This document shows positions 9,029-17,490 of a DNA stretch of 64,000 nt, piece after piece. The notes beneath the pieces were generated by a model that was not told the DNA's origin, ran no database searches, and saw only the letters and a list, made by a program, of their open reading frames with translations. The number at the start of each line of letters is the position of its first letter. Within the stretch, counting starts at the first letter, position 1. A program made the translations under genes and the position numbers. Origin of the DNA: an uncultured Chthonomonadaceae bacterium (GTDB lineage: Bacteria; Armatimonadota; Chthonomonadetes; Chthonomonadales; Chthonomonadaceae); NCBI GenBank assembly GCA_963817895.1, contig CAWFQB010000001.1, positions 32,001-96,000 of the forward strand. The letters run 5' to 3'.

Positions 9029-10319
9029 TGACGTTATCATCGTAGGCGGTGGACCGGCGGGCGCAACGCTGGCGGCTTTGCTGGCGGGGGAAGGGTGGAG
9101 CGTCGCGCTGCTGGATCGGGCGCAATTTCCGCGCGACAAAGCGTGTGGCGAGTTCCTCACGCCGCAGGCCGCCCGTCTTCTCAAACAGCCTGGCGTGTGG
9201 CAAACATTGCGGGCGCAGGGCTTGCGGGACGTAAGCGCGACGGTTCTGGTTGCGCCGGATGGCCGGCAGGTGGAACACGCGCCCCTGACCGGCGAACCCG
9301 CCGGCTACGCGCTTCGCCGAACCGTTTTGGATGTCGCCCTGCTGCAACACGCCCGCGAAAAGGGCGCGTTTGTGGAGGAGGGTTTTGGGGTCCGCGAATT
9401 GTGCCGCAACGAGGACGGGCGCGTAATCGGCGTGGCGGGCAGGGATAAAACAGGCGAAATCCGAACGCTACACGCCCGCCTGATTGTTGGCGCGGACGGC
9501 ACGCACTCGCTTGTGGCCCGCCAACTGAATCTGGTAAAACCCATCCCGCGCTTGCAGCGCATCGCCCTTGTCGCGCACTGGCAGGGCGATATTGGCGGAC
9601 GGCGCGATACTATTGAAATGCGGACGCATGGCCCGCTCGTTTGTGGGTTGGGATTTCCCGGCGAGGAGCAGAGTAGCCCTCAACCCCCGGCCCCTTCTCC
9701 CAAAAAGGCCTGGGAGAAGGGGAGTCGATCTATTTCGTACTCTCAGGTGAACACCGTATGCGCCAACACTACTTTTGTGGTTCCCAACGACTATGCCCCG
9801 CAAATCGCCGGACGCGCCGAAGAGTGGATAGAGCAGACGCTGACAACCTGTTTCCCCGATCTTGCCGAGCGTCTTTCTCCTGCTGCGGGTACGCTCAAAG
9901 TCCGCGCTGTCGGCTGTTTCGGGCATCGCTCCCATTCTCCGATTGCCGACGGCGCGTTGCTGGTGGGGGACGCGGCCACGTTTATAGACCCGTTTACAGG
10001 CGAAGGCGTGTACTTTTGCCTGCGCGGAGCGCAGCTTGCGGCAGAAACGATACACAGCGCGTTACAAAAGAACGACACGTCCCGGCGCGGCCTGCGAAAC
10101 TATGCCCAACTGCGGCAGGAACTGGCCCGCCGTTACCTGCTCATTGATCTGGTGCAAACCGTTGTGCGAACGCCCGCGCTGTTCAATCCCCTCGCGAAGA
10201 GGCTGGAACGCTTTCCGGGCGCGGCGGAGCGCCTGCTGCAAATCCTCGGCGACACCCGCCCGCCGGAACACGTCCTGCACCCCATGCTGCTGTGGCGGCT
10301 CTTCGCCCCCTGCTTTTGA
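8928..10319 (+). CDS. FAD-dependent oxidoreductase (geranylgeranyl reductase / aromatic monooxygenase family)
   Basis: GGGPAG, FPRDKACGE, GADG and LVGDAATFIDPFTGEG motifs. Confidence 0.88.
   Translation: MVERRGFLMNNQKSKIENRQSTPDSSFILHPSSFDVIIVGGGPAGATLAALLAGEGWSVALLDRAQFPRDKACGEFLTPQAARLLKQPGVWQTLRAQGLRDVSATVLVAPDGRQVEHAPLTGEPAGYALRRTVLDVALLQHAREKGAFVEEGFGVRELCRNEDGRVIGVAGRDKTGEIRTLHARLIVGADGTHSLVARQLNLVKPIPRLQRIALVAHWQGDIGGRRDTIEMRTHGPLVCGLGFPGEEQSSPQPPAPSPKKAWEKGSRSISYSQVNTVCANTTFVVPNDYAPQIAGRAEEWIEQTLTTCFPDLAERLSPAAGTLKVRAVGCFGHRSHSPIADGALLVGDAATFIDPFTGEGVYFCLRGAQLAAETIHSALQKNDTSRRGLRNYAQLRQELARRYLLIDLVQTVVRTPALFNPLAKRLERFPGAAERLLQILGDTRPPEHVLHPMLLWRLFAPCF
9676..9722 (+). repeat. REP-like palindrome inserted in frame in the oxidoreductase
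   Basis: CCCTCAACCCCC..CCCCTTCTCCCA-N8-TGGGAGAAGGGG, encoding SPQPPAPSPKKAWEKG. Confidence 0.7.
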
Positions 10320-10349
10320 GGGTAAACTACCGAAAAACGAGGAGGAATT

Positions 10350-10537
10350 TAGACAGGATTAACAGGATTATCAGGATGAACAGGATTTTTAACGGACAGG
10401 GAAGTTAAACATTGATTCCTGTGGTTTATGAGAATTTGCGACTTAAATCACATGCCCATTCCCTCAATCCTGCCGCAAACCGTCTTGTCTGTCCATGAAA
10501 ATCCTGTTAATCCTGATAATCCTGTTAATCCTGTCTA
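10350..10537. mobile_element. Empty MITE-like element bounded by inverted 9-mer arrays
   Basis: 38-bp inverted repeat with 1 mismatch (TAGACAGGATTAACAGGATTATCAGGAT(G/T)AACAGGATT); no gene inside. Confidence 0.65.
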
Positions 10538-10552
10538 TTTCTGGAGATTCAA

Positions 10553-11821
10553 ATGGTTCAGCGGAAGGTTGTGGTGGTTGGGGCGGGTTTGTCGGGGCTG
10601 TGCTGCGCGCGGACGATACAGCGGGCGGGGCATGTCGCGCATGTCTATGAGGCGAATGACGGCGTGGGCGGGCGAGTGCGGACGGATATGGTGGACGGCT
10701 TTTTGCTGGACAGGGGCTTTCAGGTGCTGTTTACCGCGTACCCGGCTATCCTGCAAGAGATGGACATGGATGCGCTGGACATTCGCGCGTTTCAGCCGGG
10801 CGCAATCGTTTGTCGGGACAGTGAGCGGCAAATCATCGCTGACCCTTTGCGCGCCCCGTCAAAAATCATTCCCACCGCGCTTGCCAACCTGTTTTCGTTC
10901 GGGGATAAATTGCTCGTCGCCAAACTGGCGCTGCTGCTGAAAAGCATGACGGTTCAGCAGATTTTCGCCCTGCCGGATCAGACGATGGGCGCGTATCTGA
11001 GCGATTTCGGCTTCTCCGCAGAGTTCATTGACCGTTTTATCCGTCCGTTTTACGCGGGCATTTTTCTGGATAAGAGTCTGGAAACCAGTTCGCGGATGTT
11101 CGCGTTCGTGTTTAAGATGCTGGCGGAGGGGCAGACGGCGGTTCCGGCAAAGGGAATGGGCGCGCTGGCGCAGCAGTTTGCCGATACGATGACTCCCGGC
11201 AGTATCCATCTTAATAGCCCGGTACGCGAGTTGGCGCATAAGAATGGGCGCGTGGCGGGCGTGGCATTGGAGGGTGGCGAGATTGTAGAAGCGGATACGG
11301 TTGTTCTGGCAACGGAGTTCGACAGGGCGGCGCAACTGGCGGGACTGCATCTGCCCGCAGAGTGGCGCGTGTCCAACACGCTTGCGTTCGCCCTGCCCGA
11401 ACCCCTGTACCGCGAAAAGCTGCTTTCGCTCTTTGTATCGCCCGAAGGACTCGTCAACAACGCGCAAATGATGAGCAATGCCGCGCCCTCGTATGCCCCG
11501 GAGGAACAGCATCTGCTCACGGCAACCGTGTTGGGCGATGTTCCTCTTTCTGACGCGGAACTGGCCGCAGTTGCCAAAGCCGAAATCGCCGCGCAGTTCC
11601 CCGCCGCGCAGCCGGAGTCGTGGCGCTTGCTGCGCATTGACCGGGTACGCTGGGCGCAATTCGCGCAGCCGGTGGGCATCTGGGGCAAACTGCCCGACGC
11701 CCGCACTCCCCTCCCCGGCCTGATCCTGGCAGGCGAAATCACCGTGCAAAGTTCGCTGCACGGCGCGCTCGTATCCGGCCAACGCGCCGCCGGCCTGGCC
11801 CTGAGTATAAAAAGAAATTAG
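10553..11821 (+). CDS. FAD-dependent oxidoreductase (amine oxidase / phytoene desaturase-like)
   Basis: GAGLSGL, GGRVRTD, DRGFQV and C-terminal GALVSG motifs. Confidence 0.88.
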   Translation: MVQRKVVVVGAGLSGLCCARTIQRAGHVAHVYEANDGVGGRVRTDMVDGFLLDRGFQVLFTAYPAILQEMDMDALDIRAFQPGAIVCRDSERQIIADPLRAPSKIIPTALANLFSFGDKLLVAKLALLLKSMTVQQIFALPDQTMGAYLSDFGFSAEFIDRFIRPFYAGIFLDKSLETSSRMFAFVFKMLAEGQTAVPAKGMGALAQQFADTMTPGSIHLNSPVRELAHKNGRVAGVALEGGEIVEADTVVLATEFDRAAQLAGLHLPAEWRVSNTLAFALPEPLYREKLLSLFVSPEGLVNNAQMMSNAAPSYAPEEQHLLTATVLGDVPLSDAELAAVAKAEIAAQFPAAQPESWRLLRIDRVRWAQFAQPVGIWGKLPDARTPLPGLILAGEITVQSSLHGALVSGQRAAGLALSIKRN

Positions 11822-12329
11822 ACAGGATTAACAGGATTTTCAGGATTAACAGGATTTTTCCAACGACGCAATCAATAATAGCCAATCCTGGCAAGTTTTC
11901 ACAGGAGGAAGCTCATGAATGATGACGAGATCAGGCAGGCGATTATTGGGCTGGCGTTTAAGGTACACAAGTATCCTGGCGCAGGGTTCGTCGAGAAAGT
12001 TTATGAGAACGCGCTGAAGTTGGAATTGGAACGGGCAGAGTTTATTGTGAAACAGCAAGTTCCCATTGATGTGCTGTACGATAGTGTTGTAATAGGAGAG
12101 TTCTTCGCAGACCTGATTGTTCAAAATAAGGTCATCGTGGAACTCAAAGCCGTACAGTCGCTGCTGCCGGAGCATGAAGTACAACTGGTAAACTACCTGA
12201 CGGCCACCGGCATTGAAAGCGGCCTCCTCCTCAACTTTGGCAAAAGCGTACAAATGAAGCGCAAATTCCGCGAGTACAGGAAACTGGAAAAATAATCCTG
12301 TTAATCCTGAAAATCCTGTTAATCCTGTC
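11821..12329. mobile_element. GxxExxY cassette flanked by a perfect 36-bp inverted tandem-array repeat
   Basis: 11821-11856 is the exact reverse complement of 12294-12329. Confidence 0.7.
11915..12295 (+). CDS. GxxExxY protein (PD-(D/E)XK-like nuclease fold)
   Basis: GAGFVEKVYENAL, ADLIV..VIVELKA, QLVNYL..GLLLNFG; SD AGGAGG. Confidence 0.95.
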   Translation: MNDDEIRQAIIGLAFKVHKYPGAGFVEKVYENALKLELERAEFIVKQQVPIDVLYDSVVIGEFFADLIVQNKVIVELKAVQSLLPEHEVQLVNYLTATGIESGLLLNFGKSVQMKRKFREYRKLEK

Positions 12330-12332
12330 CAA

Positions 12333-13127
12333 ATGTCCTTTTCTTTCCTTCATCAAAATCCTGTCAATCTTGTCCAACATGCGGACGCGCTTGAGTGGCG
12401 CAGTCGGCTGACCGTTGCGCATGGCGTCGGCTGGCTGGCGGATAACGAATATTACGCGGCGATGCAGGCGGCCGTACACCAATTATTCGAGGCGCAGGCG
12501 TTTCCCGTCGCTTATACGGAAGCCGATTTGTGGTACGAGCGGGATTGGCTCGGCAAGCCGTTCGTGACCTGGCGCGGAATTGTGCAGTCGTGGGCGGAAG
12601 CGCGCGGGTTGGAAGCGAAGCATCTGCATGTTTCCAATACGCACGACGGCGGGGCGCATATCGTGGTTGCCGCGTACCATCCTGAATTAGTGGGTATCGG
12701 CATAGACGCGGTATATCTGCCCCGGCTGATGCAATCGGGGAAAGATGACGTTTATCTGCGCCGTTTCGCCGCCCGGTTCATGTCCGAACGGGAGCGGATG
12801 CTATTTAAGCAGGCGAACGCGAACGACAATCTGGCAGCCTTGCGATTGCGTACCGCCGCGCACTTCTCTTTAATGGAAGCAGGATCGAAGGCGTTGGGAA
12901 CCGGCCTGAAAATCGGCGGCGGCATGGGGCGCGAAACCTCCCTGCCCAAACAAAGCATCGGCGTTCAGCGACTGGAACCCGGTTTGGAACTCGATGCGGA
13001 AATGCTTTTTGAGGGTGACGCGCTGAAGCGTCTGGATGAATTAGGCGCAGTCCGCTCGGAAGCCTATTGGAGCGCGGACAAGGAGTTCTTAATCAGTGTC
13101 GTGTTGTTATGGCGTAGGGTACAATAA
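12333..13127 (+). CDS. 4'-phosphopantetheinyl transferase-like protein (tandem AcpS-like halves)
   Basis: GKP..HVSNTHD, then VGIGID, RF..ER and EAGSKALGTG. Confidence 0.7.
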   Translation: MSFSFLHQNPVNLVQHADALEWRSRLTVAHGVGWLADNEYYAAMQAAVHQLFEAQAFPVAYTEADLWYERDWLGKPFVTWRGIVQSWAEARGLEAKHLHVSNTHDGGAHIVVAAYHPELVGIGIDAVYLPRLMQSGKDDVYLRRFAARFMSERERMLFKQANANDNLAALRLRTAAHFSLMEAGSKALGTGLKIGGGMGRETSLPKQSIGVQRLEPGLELDAEMLFEGDALKRLDELGAVRSEAYWSADKEFLISVVLLWRRVQ

Positions 13128-13131
13128 CCGT

Positions 13132-13962
13132 ATGGAGCAAGAAGTTACCGATACGTCAAATATGCCTGCTCGTCCGCGTCGCGCAAAACGCGGTCGCGCG
13201 CTGCTTATCCTGTCCCTGTTTCTGCTGATCGTTGTCAGCATTACATGGGCTATCGGCGGGTTGGGCGGGAATGTGCGAACCGTCACCCCGGGGCGGGTAT
13301 ACCGCAGCGCGCAGATTACCGGGGGTGGTATCGGCGCGATGACGGCCTGCTGGACGGGCAACGGTCTGGAACAGGTTATCAAAGCGGACGGCATCAAGAC
13401 CGTTATCAACCTGCGCGGTGGCAACGCGAAGAACGCCTGGTATCAGCAAGAGCGGGAGATTTGCGCTCGAAACGGCGTGGATCACATAGACATCGGCATG
13501 AGCGCGATTCACGCCCCCCACCCCACACAACTCAACCGCCTGCTCAACGCTTTCGATAACGCCCGCTATCCCGTTTTGTACCACTGTCAGGGCGGCTCGG
13601 ACCGTTCGGGATTAGCGGGTACGATTTATCTCAACGTGTATCAGAACGTTCCGCTCGACGAAGCGGAACGGCAGCAGCTAACTCTGCGCTACGCGCATTT
13701 CAAGTTCACGCGCACACGGGCGATGGACGATTTTTTTGATCGGTATCGGCAGACGGGGCAGGGCATGTCGCTGCGCGATTGGATACAGAAGGTGTATCCG
13801 TCGCTGTTCGCGAAGTTGCCTGCCAACGAAATCTCCGGGCCACCAACGCCCGAAGAACTGCTTACCGATCCGCACCCACTCACTTCTGCTTCACATTCCA
13901 GATCGTCTTTACAAACTGTGCCGGGAGAGGGCGCGGCCCGCAAAGCGATCAACGGAGGCTGA
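13132..13962 (+). CDS. Membrane-anchored protein-tyrosine/dual-specificity phosphatase-like protein
   Basis: YRSAQ, IKTVINLRG and HCQGGSDRSG (CX5R) motifs; N-terminal TM segment. Confidence 0.85.
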   Translation: MEQEVTDTSNMPARPRRAKRGRALLILSLFLLIVVSITWAIGGLGGNVRTVTPGRVYRSAQITGGGIGAMTACWTGNGLEQVIKADGIKTVINLRGGNAKNAWYQQEREICARNGVDHIDIGMSAIHAPHPTQLNRLLNAFDNARYPVLYHCQGGSDRSGLAGTIYLNVYQNVPLDEAERQQLTLRYAHFKFTRTRAMDDFFDRYRQTGQGMSLRDWIQKVYPSLFAKLPANEISGPPTPEELLTDPHPLTSASHSRSSLQTVPGEGAARKAINGG

Positions 13963-13965
13963 CCT

Positions 13966-16638
13966 ATGCGTTCGCGTCAACGTTTACACCGGGCAAATTC
14001 TTCTCGCGCCCTGCTGCTTTCCCTCTCCACCCTGACCGGAATTGCTCTGATTGCGGGCGGAAAAGCCGCGTGGAGCCATAAGCAGGATTCCAGCGTTCTT
14101 CCCGACCCGCTTCCTACAGGCAAGCGCATCGCGCCGCAGGGAAAGCAAACCGAGGTCGGCAGTTTCCCCGTCAACATGGCGCTCAGTCCCGACGGCAAGT
14201 TTATCGCCGTCACCAACACAGGGTTCCGGCAGTTCCTCAGTATTCTCAGCGCGGACGACGGGCATCTCGTCTCCCAAATGCCCTTCAACCCCGCCGCCAA
14301 CAACAACGCGGATAAGACTTCGCTGTACTACGGCCTTTCGTTTCAGTCCCAAATGGCGGATGGCTACCGGCTGTTTGTGTCGCGTGGCCCGGAAGATCGT
14401 ATCAGCGGCATTTACATCACCCCGGAGGGTAAGTTCGGCGGCGTGGTGGACACGCTGGAAAATCCCTCCACGATTCCCGCTGCCGCCAAAGCCGCGCATC
14501 CGAACTTTGTGGCGGGCGTCGCGAGTGGAACCGACAGGCTGTACGCCGCCAACAACGAAAGCAGCGAGTATACCGACTTTAAGGGTTCCATCAGCGTTTT
14601 TGAAAACGGCGCGCAGGTTCCCGCAAAACTTGTAGCGCATATACCCACGCCCGGTTTCCCGCTTGCCGTTGTCGCCGTCACCAAAGGGCCGGACGCGGAC
14701 AAAAAAGTGTATGTATCGAGCGAGCAGGATGGGTGCGTGGCGGTTCTGGACGTGGCTGACCCGGCAAACGGCAAAGATGTAAAAGATATCAAGACGGGCG
14801 ACCATCCCACCGGGCTATTGCTGAATAAAGATCAAACTCGTTTGTTTGTCGCCAATTCGAGCAGCGATACCGTGAGCCTGATAGACACGAGCAAAGACGC
14901 CGTGATACAAACGTGGGATGTGCGCGGGCCATCGAAACTTCCGGGCGCGACGCCCCTCGGAATGGCTCTCAGCCCGGACGAGTCGCGCCTGTACGTCACC
15001 CTTGCCGACCAGAACGCGCTGGCCGTGATTGACCTGAAAAGGGACAGCGATCCAACCGCGAGCGGCAGGTTTCGTCCGACAGGCATCATTCCCACCGGCT
15101 GGTATCCCACGTCCGTTGTGGTCAGTGGGGACGGCAAACGCATTTTTGTTGCCAACGCCAAAGGCGCGCGAACCCGCACTCCCAATGGCGGCGCGGAACG
15201 CCCGACGGAAGAATCAAGATACATCGAAAACATCATTGAAGGCACGGTTTCGATGATACCAACGCCCTCGGATGCGGAACTGAAACCCCTGACGCAGATC
15301 GCCACCCGTCTCAATCTGGCCCCCGCAAACCAAAAACTGCCCGCAACCGGTATCAAGCACGTCATTTACATCATCAAGGAGAACCGCACCTACGATGAAA
15401 TCCTGGGCGACATGCCGCAGGGGAACGGCGACAAATCCCTGACCCTGTTCGGGCGCGACGTGACGCCCAACCAACACGCCCTTGCTGAACGCTTCGCCCT
15501 GCTCGACAACTTCTACTGCTCGGCGGAAGTATCTGCCGATGGCTGGAACTGGACCATTTCCGGCATGAGCAGCGAGTACAACGCGCGCAACGTGCCTTTC
15601 AACTACAGCGGACGCGGGCGCGATTACGACTTTGAGGGACAGATCAACGGCACTCCCGTAGACCTGCTGAACAAGCCGGACGTGAACCGCGCTCCGGGCG
15701 GCTATATTTGGGACGCCGTTGCCAAAAAAGGCTTATCGTTCCGCAACTACGGCTTTTATGTGGCCTTTGCCGACGCCAAAACCCTGAAGGGCGACCTGAT
15801 TACCAGAGACAACACGCCCGTCAAGAAAGCGCTTGTCGGACACACGGACACGGATTTTCGGCAGTTCGACATGGCGTATGCCGACAGCGACGCGCCCGCG
15901 TTTTACCACGCCGTTCCGCCCCGCCAGAAGGTCGCGTATGGAACCCATAATTCCCCGTCCCGCTATGCCGAATGGAAGCGCGAATTCGACGAGTACGTTC
16001 AAACGGACAGCCTGCCCCGCTTTTCGATGGTGCGCTTTCCCCGCGACCACACGAGCGGAACCCGCGCCGGTATCTCCTCGCCCCGCGCCATGATTGCCGA
16101 TAACGATTATGCGGTCGGGCAACTGGTGGAGGCCGTCAGCAAAAGCAAGTTCTGGAAGGAAACGGCGATTTTCGTTTTGGAAGACGACGCGCAGGCGGGC
16201 ATTGACCACGTAGACGCGCACCGCTCCATTGCGTTCGTGATTTCGCCGTATGTGCAAAAAAGCCTGGTGGATCACCACTTTTACAACTCGGACAGTACGC
16301 TGCACACGATGGAACAACTGCTCGGCCTGCCCCCGATGTGCCAGTACGACGCCATTGCGCCCGTGTTCGCCGCGTTCCAGTCAAAACCCGACAACGACGC
16401 GCCCTATACGGCCATTCTCCCCTCCCGCCAGATCATCGCGGAAACCAACGGACAGCAAGCCTACCATGCCAGGGAAAGCGCGAAACTCGACTTCGCCCAC
16501 GCTGACCGCATCCCCGACAACGTTCTGCGCGACCTGACATGGCACTCGGTCAAAGGCGCGAATACTCCAACTCCGCCCCTGCGCCACGCCCTGCCCACTT
16601 CCGCCCGAACAGCCGCGCGGCATGATGAGGATGATTAA
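13966..16638 (+). CDS. YncE-like beta-propeller / phosphoesterase (alkaline phosphatase superfamily) protein
   Basis: Signal peptide, YVTN-like propeller repeats, IIKENRTYD and EDDAQAGIDHVDAHR. Confidence 0.9.
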   Translation: MRSRQRLHRANSSRALLLSLSTLTGIALIAGGKAAWSHKQDSSVLPDPLPTGKRIAPQGKQTEVGSFPVNMALSPDGKFIAVTNTGFRQFLSILSADDGHLVSQMPFNPAANNNADKTSLYYGLSFQSQMADGYRLFVSRGPEDRISGIYITPEGKFGGVVDTLENPSTIPAAAKAAHPNFVAGVASGTDRLYAANNESSEYTDFKGSISVFENGAQVPAKLVAHIPTPGFPLAVVAVTKGPDADKKVYVSSEQDGCVAVLDVADPANGKDVKDIKTGDHPTGLLLNKDQTRLFVANSSSDTVSLIDTSKDAVIQTWDVRGPSKLPGATPLGMALSPDESRLYVTLADQNALAVIDLKRDSDPTASGRFRPTGIIPTGWYPTSVVVSGDGKRIFVANAKGARTRTPNGGAERPTEESRYIENIIEGTVSMIPTPSDAELKPLTQIATRLNLAPANQKLPATGIKHVIYIIKENRTYDEILGDMPQGNGDKSLTLFGRDVTPNQHALAERFALLDNFYCSAEVSADGWNWTISGMSSEYNARNVPFNYSGRGRDYDFEGQINGTPVDLLNKPDVNRAPGGYIWDAVAKKGLSFRNYGFYVAFADAKTLKGDLITRDNTPVKKALVGHTDTDFRQFDMAYADSDAPAFYHAVPPRQKVAYGTHNSPSRYAEWKREFDEYVQTDSLPRFSMVRFPRDHTSGTRAGISSPRAMIADNDYAVGQLVEAVSKSKFWKETAIFVLEDDAQAGIDHVDAHRSIAFVISPYVQKSLVDHHFYNSDSTLHTMEQLLGLPPMCQYDAIAPVFAAFQSKPDNDAPYTAILPSRQIIAETNGQQAYHARESAKLDFAHADRIPDNVLRDLTWHSVKGANTPTPPLRHALPTSARTAARHDEDD

Positions 16639-16887
16639 GCGCGAACGGCAGGCTGATAAGGACAGCCGAAATCAGGTTTGCAGCCATTGCCGAAAGCAGT
16701 ATGCTGGCAAAAAAGTATTTAATTCCGTGCGAATGGGGTAATCTGGAAGTGTGTTCTGTTCCAGATACTTCCAGATGCGCGGAATTTATTTCCAGCTAGT
16801 TCCAGTTAGAGGGGGCTGTATTGACAGCATTATTGCGTTGGAAGCTGCGCTTCGGCATGTACAAACCGAAACACCGCAGGAGACAGT

Positions 16888-17490
16888 ATGACCGAACCGA
16901 AAAAGGTTACGATAATGGTGTCTTCTACCGTATACGGGCAAAAGAGTCTGCTGGATCAGGTTTACGCGCTTTTGGCGAGTTATGGGGATGAGGTGTGGAT
17001 GTCGCACAAAGGCAGTCTGCCGGTTCATCCCAACAAGTCTAATTTTGAAAACTGTCTGGATGCTGTTGATAATTGTGACGTTTTCGTCGGCATCATTACC
17101 GGTAATTACGGCACGGGCGTTCTTCCGGGCGAACCCTCCATACTGCATCAGGAAGTAAGCCGCGCTATTTCGCGGGGCAAACTGCGGTGGTTTCTGGTTC
17201 ACCATGACGTGGTCATTGCGCGGATACTGCTGCGGCAATTTCGGTTTGATGCGCAGGGCAATCTGCTCCCGCTTGTTTTCAAAAGAACCAAGGTGCTTGA
17301 AGATATTCGTATCCTCGATATGTGCGACGAAATCATCGCTAATGCCATTCCGTTATCGCAGCGGGTAGGCAATTGGGCGCAGCCGTTTTACGACGAGCGT
17401 GAGGTGCTGACGTTTCTGGAAACGCAGTTTGCAGACCCACAACGCATACGCAGGATGCTGCCGCGCAAGTCGGGAAGGAGGCCATTGTGA
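16888..17490 (+). CDS. DUF4062 domain-containing protein
   Basis: IMVSSTVY, CLDAVDNCDVFVGIITGNYG and SILHQE motifs. Confidence 0.8.
   Translation: MTEPKKVTIMVSSTVYGQKSLLDQVYALLASYGDEVWMSHKGSLPVHPNKSNFENCLDAVDNCDVFVGIITGNYGTGVLPGEPSILHQEVSRAISRGKLRWFLVHHDVVIARILLRQFRFDAQGNLLPLVFKRTKVLEDIRILDMCDEIIANAIPLSQRVGNWAQPFYDEREVLTFLETQFADPQRIRRMLPRKSGRRPL

Noticed and set aside
5656..12329. 36-bp repeat copies as a CRISPR array
   Set aside because: Copies are dispersed, inverted and internally periodic; there are no regular spacers and no cas genes.
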